From: an uncultured Solirubrobacterales bacterium | GTDB lineage: Bacteria; Actinomycetota; Thermoleophilia; Solirubrobacterales; 70-9 | Length of the DNA: 64,000 nt | Assembly: GCA_963708115.1 (NCBI GenBank) | Contig: CAVPRX010000002.1 | Coordinates: 452,092-516,091 of the forward strand | Direction of reading: 5' to 3' | Shown here: positions 53,731 through 62,911 of the stretch, one piece after another | How the letters are laid out: each line of letters starts with the position of its first letter | How positions within the stretch are numbered: position 1 is the stretch's first letter | Made by a program: the position numbers and the translations under genes | The notes under the pieces: generated by a model | The model's input: the letters and a program-made list of their open reading frames with translations, nothing else | Database searches by the model: none | Told to the model about the DNA's origin: nothing

Positions 53731-54750
53731 GTGACCGCTGCGAACCGCAACCTCCAAGACGCCAAGAAGGCCAAGGAGGACGAGTTCTACACGCAGCTCG
53801 GGGACATCGAGCGCGAGTTGCGTAACTACAAGTCCCATTTCAAGGGCAAGGTGGTCTATTGCAACTGCGACGACCCGCGCGTGAGCAACTTCTTCCACTA
53901 CTTTTCCTACAACTTCGAAAAGCTGGGGTTGAAGAAGCTCATCACGACGTGCTACCGGAGCCAGCGAGCCGACGCCTTCAGTCAGAACGACTCCGAGCAG
54001 GCGATCTACCTGCAGTACGACGGTGACGGGAATCACAACAACGTTCCCGATCCCGAGGAGATTGGCGTCAAGGCGTTGAAGGGCGATGGTGACTTCCGCA
54101 GCGCGGAGAGCGTCGATCTTCTCAAGCAGGCAGACATCGTTGTGACTAATCCGCCGTTCTCGATGTTCCGCGAGTTCGTGGTGCAGCTCATCGCCTTCGA
54201 GAAGAACTTCCTCATCGTCGGCAACCAGAACGCGATCACCTACAAGGAGATTTTCCAGCTAATCCAGAATAACGAGGTCTGGGTTGGCGTAAATAGTGGC
54301 GACATGGAGTTTCGGGTCCCGGACTACTACCCGCCAAGGAAGACTCGGTATTGGGAAGTTGAAGGAAAGAAGTGGCGCAGCCTCGGTAATGCCTGTTGGT
54401 TTACCAACCTTGACTTCTCGAAGCGCCACGAGGACCTGATCCTCTTCAAGGCATATAACCCCACCGACTACCCCACCTATGCGAATTACGACGGCATCGA
54501 GGTAGGGAAGACGGTCGATATTCCAGTGGACTACGACGGCCCCATGGGAGTGCCGATCACGTTTCTCAACAAGTACAACCCCGATCAGTTCGAGATCCTG
54601 GGCAACAGCCGCGAACTTGGAGCGCCTATGGCGAGCATCGCAAAGAAGGACGCATATCAGCAGGGCGGCCCTAGGTTCTACCTCCCCAACGGCGACGGCA
54701 CCTACCGCCGCTTGTACGACAGGATCGTCATTAGGAACAAGGGCCTATGA
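53731..54750 (+). CDS. EcoRI-family N6-adenine DNA methyltransferase
   Basis: VVTNPPFS (motif IV) and the N-terminal AKKAKEDEFYTQL.DIE.EL..Y..HFKGKVVYCNCDDP pattern of the EcoRI-methylase family. About 339 aa. Markedly lower G+C. Confidence 0.75.
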   Translation: MTAANRNLQDAKKAKEDEFYTQLGDIERELRNYKSHFKGKVVYCNCDDPRVSNFFHYFSYNFEKLGLKKLITTCYRSQRADAFSQNDSEQAIYLQYDGDGNHNNVPDPEEIGVKALKGDGDFRSAESVDLLKQADIVVTNPPFSMFREFVVQLIAFEKNFLIVGNQNAITYKEIFQLIQNNEVWVGVNSGDMEFRVPDYYPPRKTRYWEVEGKKWRSLGNACWFTNLDFSKRHEDLILFKAYNPTDYPTYANYDGIEVGKTVDIPVDYDGPMGVPITFLNKYNPDQFEILGNSRELGAPMASIAKKDAYQQGGPRFYLPNGDGTYRRLYDRIVIRNKGL

Positions 54751-55829
54751 AGATCGAGCTAAAGGAGATGAAGGTCCGCGATCTCACCGAGGGCTATCAG
54801 GACAACGACGAGGCAGGCGTCGTCGGCTACTCGGGCAAGTTGGACATTCGCCCGCCGTATCAGCGTGAGTTCATCTACAAGGACAAGCAGCGGGACGCGG
54901 TCATCGACACGATCACCCGGGACTTCCCCCTCAATGTCATGTACTGGGCAGTGCGGGATGGCGGCGACTATGAGGTCATCGATGGGCAGCAGCGCACGAT
55001 CTCTGTATGTCAGTACGTAGAGGGAGATTTTGCCTTCGAGGGTCGCTACTTCCACAACCTTCAGTTGGATGAGCAGCAGCGCATCCTCGACTACAAGCTG
55101 ATGGTCTACCTATGCAGCGGGACTGACAGCGAGAAGCTCGAGTGGTTCAAAACCATCAACATCGCGGGGGAGAAACTCACCGACCAGGAGCTGCGCAACG
55201 CGGTGTATGCGGGGTCGTGGGTGTCTGACGCCAAGCGCTACTTCAGTAAGAACGGCTGCCCCGCCTACAGCATCGGCAGCGATTACATGACCGGCACCCC
55301 CATCCGTCAGCACTACTTGGAGACGGTGATCGAGTGGATCAACGGCGGTGACGTCGAGGGCTACATGGCCAAGCAGCAGCACAAGCCCAATGCGAACGAG
55401 CTTTGGCTCTACTTTCAGAATGTGATGGCGTGGGTGACAGCCAGCTTCCCAAAGCACCGCAAGGAGATGAAGACGGTCCATTGGGGCGAGCTCTTCAACG
55501 AGTTTGAGGGCACGGAGTTGGACTCGGCGATGCTCGAGGAGCAGGTCGCGACGCTGATGGCCGACGAGGACGTAACCAACAAGCGGGGCATTTACTCCTA
55601 TGTGCTCAATGGGCAGGAGAAGCACTTGAACATCAGGGCGTTCAGCCCGAACCAGAAGCGTGAGGCCTATGAGCGTCAAGAAGGTCTTTGCCCCGTATGT
55701 GGAAAGCGCTTCGAGCTCGAGGAGATGGAGGGCGACCACATCACGCCCTGGCATGACGGTGGCAAGACGGAGGCTGCGAACTGTCAGATGTTGTGTCGCG
55801 ACGACAACCGCAGGAAGGGCGGCGTCTAG
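54747..55829 (+). CDS. DUF262 (GmrS/ParB-like) domain fused to a C-terminal HNH nuclease
   Basis: ATGA overlap with the methylase. IRPPYQREF and VIDGQQRTISV are the DUF262 DGQQR motif. The C-terminal CPVCGK...GDHITPWHDGGKTEAANCQMLCRDDNRRKG is an HNH domain. Confidence 0.75.
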   Translation: MKIELKEMKVRDLTEGYQDNDEAGVVGYSGKLDIRPPYQREFIYKDKQRDAVIDTITRDFPLNVMYWAVRDGGDYEVIDGQQRTISVCQYVEGDFAFEGRYFHNLQLDEQQRILDYKLMVYLCSGTDSEKLEWFKTINIAGEKLTDQELRNAVYAGSWVSDAKRYFSKNGCPAYSIGSDYMTGTPIRQHYLETVIEWINGGDVEGYMAKQQHKPNANELWLYFQNVMAWVTASFPKHRKEMKTVHWGELFNEFEGTELDSAMLEEQVATLMADEDVTNKRGIYSYVLNGQEKHLNIRAFSPNQKREAYERQEGLCPVCGKRFELEEMEGDHITPWHDGGKTEAANCQMLCRDDNRRKGGV

Positions 55830-55878
55830 CGCCTCGGCCTCTTGACTTCCGCGCAGACGAGGTGGAAGGTAGGCCGAG

Positions 55879-56379
55879 ATGAGCAGCGCAGAGACGAGTG
55901 GCGAAGGCACCGCCGGTACCCCGCCGGTCAGCGCCGGTGAGGTGAAGCTCGAGGTAGTGGTCCTGCCGGTTTCAGATGTCGATCGGGCGAAGCGCTTCTA
56001 CGAGGGATTGGGGTGGCGCCTCGACGCCGACTTGGCGGTCGAGGATGGATACCGGGTGGTGCAGCTGACGCCGCCGGGGTCCGCGTGCTCGATCATCTTC
56101 GGCGAGGGGGTCGCGTCCGCGCCGCCAGGCTCCTCCGAGGGGCTGCAGCTCTCGGTCTATGACATCGACGCGGCCCGCGCCGACCTCGTCGCGCGCGGGG
56201 TCGAGGTCAGCGAGACGTTCCACGATGTGACGGGGATATTCCACCATGCCGGTCCCGACGGGCGTGTCAGCGGGCCGGCGCCGGGGCATGCCGACTATGG
56301 CTCGTTCGTAGCCTTCAGCGATCCGGACGGCAACGGCTGGCTGCTCCAGGAGATCAAGGCCCGGCTTCCGGGCCGTTGA
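55879..56379 (+). CDS. VOC (glyoxalase/bleomycin-resistance) family protein
   Basis: LEVVVLPVSDVDRAKRFYEGLGW...FSDPDGNGWLLQE. Confidence 0.75.
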   Translation: MSSAETSGEGTAGTPPVSAGEVKLEVVVLPVSDVDRAKRFYEGLGWRLDADLAVEDGYRVVQLTPPGSACSIIFGEGVASAPPGSSEGLQLSVYDIDAARADLVARGVEVSETFHDVTGIFHHAGPDGRVSGPAPGHADYGSFVAFSDPDGNGWLLQEIKARLPGR

Positions 56380-56391
56380 GGGGAGAGGCCG

Positions 56392-56559
56392 ATGGCGACG
56401 ACCTATGAGTCCGTAGAAGACCTGGCGGAGGCGCTAAGACGGGCAGCCGCGGCACACGGCAAGCACGAGGAGCGAACGGGCGCGGAGGACCCGAATTGGC
56501 CGGACTGGTACGCGCTGTACATGGTGCGGGAGCGGGGCGACGAAGAGCTGCCGGAGTAA
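56392..56559 (+). CDS. Small conserved-looking protein (55 aa) below the ORF-track length cut-off
   Basis: The ATG is preceded by GAGGGGAGAGG. The product is MATTYESVEDLAEALRRAAAAHGKHEERTGAEDPNWPDWYALYMVRERGDEELPE, with good third-position G+C. Confidence 0.5.
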   Translation: MATTYESVEDLAEALRRAAAAHGKHEERTGAEDPNWPDWYALYMVRERGDEELPE

Positions 56560-56583
56560 GAGCGCAGTCGGGACGGTAATTTT

Positions 56584-58281
56584 GTGGCCATGTCCGTTCC
56601 CGTCCTCTTTGCCGTCGACGAAGACGCGAGTTCGCTGCGCGACGTCGAACGCGAGCTGGTCGACCGGTACTCACAGAGCTACCGGGTCGTCTGCGTCTCC
56701 TCGGCGGAGGACGCGATGGTCGAGCTCGAGGCGCTTGCGGCGGCGGGCGACGACGTCGCGCTCGTCCTCGCTGCGCAGCGGCTCGGCGAGACGCCTGGGG
56801 GCGAGCTGCTGGGCAAGGTACGAGATCTCCACGCACACGCCCAGCGTGGGCTGCTGATCGAGTGGGGTAGCTGGGGCGACGGTCTGACCGCTGAGGAGAT
56901 CTTCCAGGCGATGGCGCGGCGGCAGATCGAGTACTACGTGATCAGGCCGTCGCAATCGCCTGACGAGCTCTTCCACCAGTCGGTCTCGACCTTTCTGCTC
57001 GAGTGGGCCCATGCGCGACGGGTCTCACCGCACACCGTTCACATCGTCAGCGAGTCGTGGACCGGCAGGGCTCATGAGCTGAAAGAGGTCCTCGGCCGCT
57101 GCGCGGTGCCGCACGCGTTTCTTCTCGCCGATTCGCCCAAGGGCCGCGCGCTGGTGGCGGAATCGGGCAACGGAGAGCCGCTTCCTCTCGTCGTCTTCCC
57201 AAACGGCACCGTTCTCGCGAACCCGACCAAGCTGGAGCTTGCGAGTGCCGCGGGTGCCACCATCGACCCCGATCGGCGCGAGTACGACGTCGTCATCGTC
57301 GGCGGCGGGCCGACCGGCCTCTCGGCGGCGGTCTATGGCGCCTCGGAGGGCTTCCGGACGCTGGTCGTCGACGACGGCGGCATCGGCGGCCAGGCGACCT
57401 CGAGCTCGCTGATCCGCAACTACCTGGGCTTTCCGCGCGGAGTCAGCGGTCGCCGTTTGGCGGAGAGCGCCTACGAGCAGGCTTGGGTCTTCGGCGCCAA
57501 GTTCGCCTTCATGCACGACGCGATCGGGATCCGACGCGAGGGCGACCGTCTTCATGTCGCGCTCTCCGACGGCGGCGAGGTCAGCGCCCGGGCGGTCATT
57601 CTCGCCACGGGCGCCACCTATCGCCGGCTCGGCGTCCCCGAGCTCGAGGCTCTGGTCGGCGCAGGGGTCTTCTACAGCGGGCCCGCCTCCGAGGCGCCCA
57701 CCACGGTCGATGAGGAGGTGTACGTCGTCGGCGGGGCGAACTCAGCCGGTCAGGCGGCGCTGCACCTGGCCGAATTCGCCCGCCGGGTGACGCTCGTGGT
57801 GCGGGCCGAGTCGCTCGACAAGGGGATGTCGCATTACCTGGTGAAGCAGGTCGAAGGCGCGCCCAACATCGATGTGCGCATCGGGACCGAGGTCGTTGGC
57901 GGGTCCGCAGGCGGGGACGGTTGGCTGGAGCGCCTGGTCCTCCGTTCTCGCGTCGACGGGGTGACGGAGGAGGTCGAAGCCGAGGAGCTCTTCCTGATGA
58001 TCGGCGCGCACCCGAACACGGACTGGCTACCGGCCGAGCTCGCGCGGGGGGACGGTGGATTCATTCGCACCGGGACGGACCTGGAGGGCGGGGGCTGGCC
58101 CCTCGAAGAGCGCCGCCCGCTCTCGCTCGAGACCAGCATGCCCGGCGTCTTCGCCGCGGGAGATGTCCGCCACGGGTCGATGAATCGCGTTGCCTCCGCG
58201 GTCGGCGAGGGCTCGATCGCGATCAAGCTGGTCCACGAGCTCTTCGCGGCTGAGCAGATCCATCCGCGCGACCGGGTCTGA
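56584..58281 (+). CDS. Thioredoxin-reductase-like FAD/NAD(P) oxidoreductase with an N-terminal receiver-like and thioredoxin-like extension
   Basis: C-terminal half: YDVVIVGGGPTGLSAAVYGASEG, GGANSAGQAALHL and GVFAAGDVR. N-terminus: VLFAVDEDASSLRDVEREL.... Confidence 0.75.
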   Translation: MAMSVPVLFAVDEDASSLRDVERELVDRYSQSYRVVCVSSAEDAMVELEALAAAGDDVALVLAAQRLGETPGGELLGKVRDLHAHAQRGLLIEWGSWGDGLTAEEIFQAMARRQIEYYVIRPSQSPDELFHQSVSTFLLEWAHARRVSPHTVHIVSESWTGRAHELKEVLGRCAVPHAFLLADSPKGRALVAESGNGEPLPLVVFPNGTVLANPTKLELASAAGATIDPDRREYDVVIVGGGPTGLSAAVYGASEGFRTLVVDDGGIGGQATSSSLIRNYLGFPRGVSGRRLAESAYEQAWVFGAKFAFMHDAIGIRREGDRLHVALSDGGEVSARAVILATGATYRRLGVPELEALVGAGVFYSGPASEAPTTVDEEVYVVGGANSAGQAALHLAEFARRVTLVVRAESLDKGMSHYLVKQVEGAPNIDVRIGTEVVGGSAGGDGWLERLVLRSRVDGVTEEVEAEELFLMIGAHPNTDWLPAELARGDGGFIRTGTDLEGGGWPLEERRPLSLETSMPGVFAAGDVRHGSMNRVASAVGEGSIAIKLVHELFAAEQIHPRDRV

Positions 58282-58291
58282 CCCCGGGAGA

Positions 58292-61200
58292 TCAGCTGAC
58301 CCTGATGGCCTGCGCGCCGCTGCAGCTGCCCTTGTATCGGCGGTTGCGCTGGTCGCCGGAGTAGCCGACGATGAGACGGTAGATGCCTGATTTGGGCGCG
58401 AGGTACTGAGCGAGTGGAAAGTTGCCATTTGACTTGACCGTGATGCCACCGCTGAACGCGGGCTTGCGCCTGCAGTGCTTGTCGCCTGGGCTGTAGAGGC
58501 GAAAGGTGATCCTGCCGGAAGGAGAGACGCCCCCCGAAAGGTGGGCGCGAATCGAGATCCGCCCGCCTCCCATCAGAAGCGCGCGCGGCTTCACTTTCGG
58601 CGCTCGCTTCTGCACTTTGACTACCTGGCCAGCCGAGTCGCATGGCTCGGTTGCCCCTCTGTTTGCGGAGTCACCCGAGTAGCTGGCGACGAAGCTGTAG
58701 CGACCGGGGTGCTTCGGGACGAACGGATCCGAGCTGACCGTGCCGTTTCCGGCGGCCGCGACGGTGTTGACGAACGCCGGCTTGGCACAGCCCGCTGCGA
58801 CTGGGCCGTAGATCTGGAACGTGATCGTGCCGCCGGGCGAGTAGCCCCCTTTCAGCGTCGCCGTGTCCTGAAAGGGAGTGCCAACGGTGACTTGCTGCTT
58901 GACCGCCCCGGCGATCGAGGGCCCTGCCTGAGTGACGCTCGACGTCGCTTTTCCACAGCCGATCGTGGTCGGGACGTGGTTAACATCGCCCGAGTAGCTG
59001 ACTGTCCATCGGAAGGCGCCGACCCGAGTAGGCACGAAGGTACTGGAGCGATACTGGCCGTTCCCCGAGACGCTGACGGTTGAGTTGAACGCCGCGGCCC
59101 CGGAGCACGACGCGTCGCTCGGGGAGAAAGCCTTGAACGTGATCTGCCCGGTCGGGATCGCTCCTTCCTGGAGCGTTGCCGTAGCGTTGACCGGGTCGCC
59201 CACCGTGCCGCCGGTGGCGCTGACCGCCAAGGTCACGTTGACCGCGCCCACCGCCGAGGCCTGGTTAGTAGCCCCGCAGCCCAAGGCGGCGGTGGCGTTG
59301 TTCGCATCGCCTTCGTACTCGACGCTCCACCGATACAGTCCCGCCCCCGGCGCAAAGCCCGCCGGCGAGTAGGGGCCGTTGCCGCTGACCGGCACCGTCG
59401 CTTCGTACTTGGCAGCGTTGGCGCAACTCTGATCCCCCGGCCCGTAGGCGCGGAAGACGAGCTGGCCGCCCGCCGCAAAGCCATCGGCAAGGGTCACGTT
59501 GTCGGTGATCGAGAGCCCGACTTTGGCCGCGGAGGTCGCCGTTCCCGAGAGGGCCGGAGAGGCCTTGCCGACGGTCGAAGCCTGGTTGGTTGCCCCGCAG
59601 CCCAAGGCGGTCGCTTCGTTGTTCGCATCACCTTCGTACTCGACCGTCCAGCGGAATTCGCCGGCCTGTTGGGCGAGAAAATCCGCCGAGGTGGCGTGGT
59701 CGCCCTGGAGCGGGACGGCGGCCGTTTTCAACGGCGTCGAGCAACCGGTGTCCGTCGGGCCGTAGACCGAGAAAGTCACTTCTCCCGTGGGAGAGAAGCC
59801 TCCGGCAAGGGTCACGCTGTCGGTGATCGAGAGACCAGGTTTGACTGCGGAGGCCGCCGTCCCCGAGAGGGTCGGGGTGGCCTTGTTGACGGTTGAGCCC
59901 TGGTTGGTCGCCCCGCAGCCCAGGACAGCCGCTTCGTTGTTCGTGTCGCCTGCGTATTCGACGGTCCACCGATATAGCCCCGCCCCCGGCGCAAAGCCCG
60001 CCGGGGAGTAAGTGCCGTTGCCGTTGACGGAAACCGCCGCTTCGTAAGCGGCAGCGCTGGCGCAACTCTGATCCCCTGGCCCGTAGGCGTGGAAGACGAG
60101 CTGGCCGCCCGCCGTAAAGCCGCTGGCAAGGGTCACGCTGTCGGTGATCGTGACGCCGGCTTTGACGGGGGAGGTCGCTATCCCCGAGAGGGTCGGGGTG
60201 GCCTTGTTGACGGTCGAGCTCTGGTTGGCGGTCCCACAGGTCAAGGCGGCCGCTTCGTTGTCCGCGTCGCCTTCGTATATGACGGTCCAGCGATACGACC
60301 CCGCCGCCCCCGGCGTAAAGCCCGCCGGGGAGTAGGTGCCGTTGCCGCTGACGGGCACCGTCGCTTCGTACTTGGCCGCAGTGACGCAGGTCGGATCGCC
60401 AGGTCCATAAGCGCGGAAGAGGAGCTGGCCGCCGGGCCCAGAGCCGCCGGCGAGGGTCACGCTATCGGTGATCGGGAGGCCGACTTTGATTGCGGGCGTC
60501 GCTGTCCCCGAAAGGGTCGGCGTGGCCTTGCTGACGGTCGAGGCCTGGTTGGGCGTCCCACAGCCCAAGACAGCCGCTTCGTTGTTCGTGTCGCCCGCGT
60601 ATTCGACGGTCCACCGATATAGCCCCGCCCCCGGGGCGAAACCCGGTGGGGAGTAGGCGTCGTTGCCGCTGACAGGCACCGTCGCTTCGTACTTGGCCGC
60701 AGTGGTGCAGGTCGGATCCCCCGGCCCGTAAGCGCGGAAGACGAGCTGGCCGCCAGCAGCAAAGCCATCGGCAAGGGTCACGTTGTCGGTGATCGTCAGG
60801 CCGACTTTGGCCGCGGAGGTCGCCGTTCCCGAGAGGGCCGGAGAGGCTTTGCCGACGGTCGAAGCCTGGTTGGTCGCCCCGCAGCTCAGGACAGCCGCTT
60901 CGTTGTTCGCATCGCCTTCGTACTCGGCCGTCCAGCGGAATTTGCCGGCCTGCTGGGCGAAGAAATCCGCCGAGGTGGCGTGGCCGCCTTGGAGCGGTAC
61001 GGTGGCCGTTTTCAACGGCGTCGAGCAGCCGGTGTCCGTCGGGCCGTAGACCGAGAAAGTCACTTCTCCCGTGGGGGAGAAGCCGCCGGTCACGGTCGCT
61101 TCATCGTGAATCGCGGTGCCGACCACGCCGCTGCTTGCGCTGCCCGTCAATACGGGGCTTGCTTTTCCCACCGACGAGATCGCGGAGCAGGTGGATTCGG

Positions 61201-61579
61201 CGGGGGGGTTTGCGAGGTCGCCCGAGTAGTGGGCGCTCCAGTAATAGGTGCCCGCGGTGGACGGGGTGATATCTCCGGAGACGTATTCGCCTTCGCCGGT
61301 TACCAAGGCCGAATCTGGGGCCGGGATGAGGGCTGGTCCAGAGCAGGTTTCGTCGCCGGGGCCGAAGACCTCGAAGGAGATGTCTCCGGAGGCTTCCGGG
61401 CTTTCGGAGAGTTCCGCGGTTGCGTGAATCGATTGCCCGACGACCGCGTTGGTCGCCGTGACAGTAAGGCGCGGTGGATCGGCCGGGGCGGCGACGGTGA
61501 GGAAAAGGGCCAGGGCCATCACAATCCCCACGCTCGCCAATCCTCCGAGCGTTCCCCGGCGAGAAACTCGAATCCTCAA
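58292..61579 (-). CDS. Secreted surface protein made of about 10 tandem Ig-like repeats (about 95 aa each, two Cys per repeat)
   Basis: Has a signal peptide. The repeat unit is (G/N/S)KA(S/T)P.LSG.A.........D.V.L.GG..P.G...F..YGP.D..C.........V.V.GNG.Y.S..F.P...G.YRW...Y.GD.NN.....CG. Confidence 0.7.
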   Translation of the reverse strand: MRIRVSRRGTLGGLASVGIVMALALFLTVAAPADPPRLTVTATNAVVGQSIHATAELSESPEASGDISFEVFGPGDETCSGPALIPAPDSALVTGEGEYVSGDITPSTAGTYYWSAHYSGDLANPPAESTCSAISSVGKASPVLTGSASSGVVGTAIHDEATVTGGFSPTGEVTFSVYGPTDTGCSTPLKTATVPLQGGHATSADFFAQQAGKFRWTAEYEGDANNEAAVLSCGATNQASTVGKASPALSGTATSAAKVGLTITDNVTLADGFAAGGQLVFRAYGPGDPTCTTAAKYEATVPVSGNDAYSPPGFAPGAGLYRWTVEYAGDTNNEAAVLGCGTPNQASTVSKATPTLSGTATPAIKVGLPITDSVTLAGGSGPGGQLLFRAYGPGDPTCVTAAKYEATVPVSGNGTYSPAGFTPGAAGSYRWTVIYEGDADNEAAALTCGTANQSSTVNKATPTLSGIATSPVKAGVTITDSVTLASGFTAGGQLVFHAYGPGDQSCASAAAYEAAVSVNGNGTYSPAGFAPGAGLYRWTVEYAGDTNNEAAVLGCGATNQGSTVNKATPTLSGTAASAVKPGLSITDSVTLAGGFSPTGEVTFSVYGPTDTGCSTPLKTAAVPLQGDHATSADFLAQQAGEFRWTVEYEGDANNEATALGCGATNQASTVGKASPALSGTATSAAKVGLSITDNVTLADGFAAGGQLVFRAYGPGDQSCANAAKYEATVPVSGNGPYSPAGFAPGAGLYRWSVEYEGDANNATAALGCGATNQASAVGAVNVTLAVSATGGTVGDPVNATATLQEGAIPTGQITFKAFSPSDASCSGAAAFNSTVSVSGNGQYRSSTFVPTRVGAFRWTVSYSGDVNHVPTTIGCGKATSSVTQAGPSIAGAVKQQVTVGTPFQDTATLKGGYSPGGTITFQIYGPVAAGCAKPAFVNTVAAAGNGTVSSDPFVPKHPGRYSFVASYSGDSANRGATEPCDSAGQVVKVQKRAPKVKPRALLMGGGRISIRAHLSGGVSPSGRITFRLYSPGDKHCRRKPAFSGGITVKSNGNFPLAQYLAPKSGIYRLIVGYSGDQRNRRYKGSCSGAQAIRVS

Positions 61580-61678
61580 GCTTTTCTCGCTCCTAGCGAC
61601 CTTTTTTGGCAGCTTTTTGACAACATTGAATTAGGATATCTGTCCACCTATTCGATTTACGACCGAACGAGCCGCCAG

Positions 61679-62458
61679 ATGAGAAAATTGCGTCGTCGCC
61701 GTTGTCTCGAGCTTTTCATCGTTGTCGCGGCAATGGCTCTGATCGCTGTGGCGCCGGCCGGTGCACTGGCCGGTGAAGAATCCAGCGGCGGCGGGGCGGT
61801 GGGAGAAACCGGCACCGAATCTTCGAGCGGCTCGACGGGGTCCGCTCCCCCAGCCTCCGAAGAGTCCCCGACGACGGCTACGCCGCCGGCTTCGACCGGT
61901 TGGGTCCCCCAGGGCGAAGGCACGGAAGCTTCCAGTCACGAAGCCGCGTCGACCCGGCGTGGCAGCTCGCTGGGTAGTGGCGCCAGCCCGAAGCAGCCCG
62001 GGTCAACCAGCGAGCAGGCCGGATCGACCGGCGAAGAGCCTTCATCCAACGGCAGCTCGAGCGGCTACTACGAACCGGAATCGTCGACCCCGTCGACCGT
62101 CGAAGAGCCTGCGAGCAAGCCTCGAGCGGCGAGCCCGGCTGACCCAGTGGAACCGCAGCCCGCCGCGGAGCCCGCCCCCGTCGAAGGCGGCCATGCCGCC
62201 GTCGGCGTTGCGACCCCGGTGGCTTTGCCGGTTTCCCCGCAGGTCGCCGACACGGGCTCCGCGCCTCCCGCAGCAGCGCTCGTGGGCACGCCCGATCGGG
62301 TGGCCTCGGGTTCTGGGGGTCTGCCGTTGCCGATCCTGATCGTCGGCCTCCTGATCCTTGTCTACGCAGGCGCGCGGTTGCTGCTCGGCCCGGTCGAACC
62401 CGACCTCTTCAGGTCAGGACCACTCCAGCGCGTTCGCCGCGTGCTCTCTCGAGTCTGA
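61679..62458 (+). CDS. Secreted Ser/Pro/Gly-rich low-complexity protein with a C-terminal TM anchor
   Basis: ATG 61679 gives MRKLRRRRCLELFIVVAAMALIAVAPAGALA. The C-terminus has GLPLPILIVGLLILVYAGARLLL. It is divergent from the Ig-repeat gene. Confidence 0.5.
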   Translation: MRKLRRRRCLELFIVVAAMALIAVAPAGALAGEESSGGGAVGETGTESSSGSTGSAPPASEESPTTATPPASTGWVPQGEGTEASSHEAASTRRGSSLGSGASPKQPGSTSEQAGSTGEEPSSNGSSSGYYEPESSTPSTVEEPASKPRAASPADPVEPQPAAEPAPVEGGHAAVGVATPVALPVSPQVADTGSAPPAAALVGTPDRVASGSGGLPLPILIVGLLILVYAGARLLLGPVEPDLFRSGPLQRVRRVLSRV

Positions 62459-62539
62459 CGCTCGGCGTCGCCTGCCTCGGATCACGCCACGGCCTCCGAC
62501 CGCCATCATGGGCTGGACACGACCGAAGGAGGCATCTGA

Positions 62540-62911
62540 ATGGACTTCAAGCTCGAGTTGATCGCGGTTCCGGTCTCTGACGTCGATCGCGCGAAGGCCT
62601 TCTATGTTGAGCAGGCAGGGTTCGTCGCCGAACACGACCACACGGTTAGCGACGAGATTCGCTTCGTCCAACTGACCCCTCCCGGATCGGCATGCTCGAT
62701 CGCGATCGGGAAGGGTGTGACGGAGGTGGCGCCGGGATCGCTGCGGGGTTTGCAGCTCGTCGTCGAGGACGTCGAAGCCGCCCGGGAGGAGCTGCTCGGG
62801 CGCGGGGTGGAGGTGGGGGAGGTTGAGAAGTTCCCCTGGGGCTCATTCGTCTTCTTCAGCGACCCCGACGGCAACGGTTGGGCTGTGCAGGAGCTGCCGC
62901 CGCGAGGCTAG
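62540..62911 (+). CDS. VOC (glyoxalase) family protein
   Basis: LELIAVPVSDVDRAKAFYVEQAGF...FFSDPDGNGWAVQE. It is a paralogue of 55879..56379. Confidence 0.8.
   Translation: MDFKLELIAVPVSDVDRAKAFYVEQAGFVAEHDHTVSDEIRFVQLTPPGSACSIAIGKGVTEVAPGSLRGLQLVVEDVEAAREELLGRGVEVGEVEKFPWGSFVFFSDPDGNGWAVQELPPRG

Noticed and set aside
53588-55900. Integrase and att direct repeat delimiting the methylase/DUF262-HNH island
   Set aside because: I looked for a copy of the tRNA-Pro 3' end (ATCCTGTCTCCCCG) downstream and for a recombinase ORF and found neither. The island call therefore rests only on composition and gene content.
58292-61579. CRISPR array or non-coding tandem repeat
   Set aside because: The periodicity of ~285 nt is in frame within one long ORF that has a signal peptide. 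There are no short direct repeats with unique spacers anywhere in the window.
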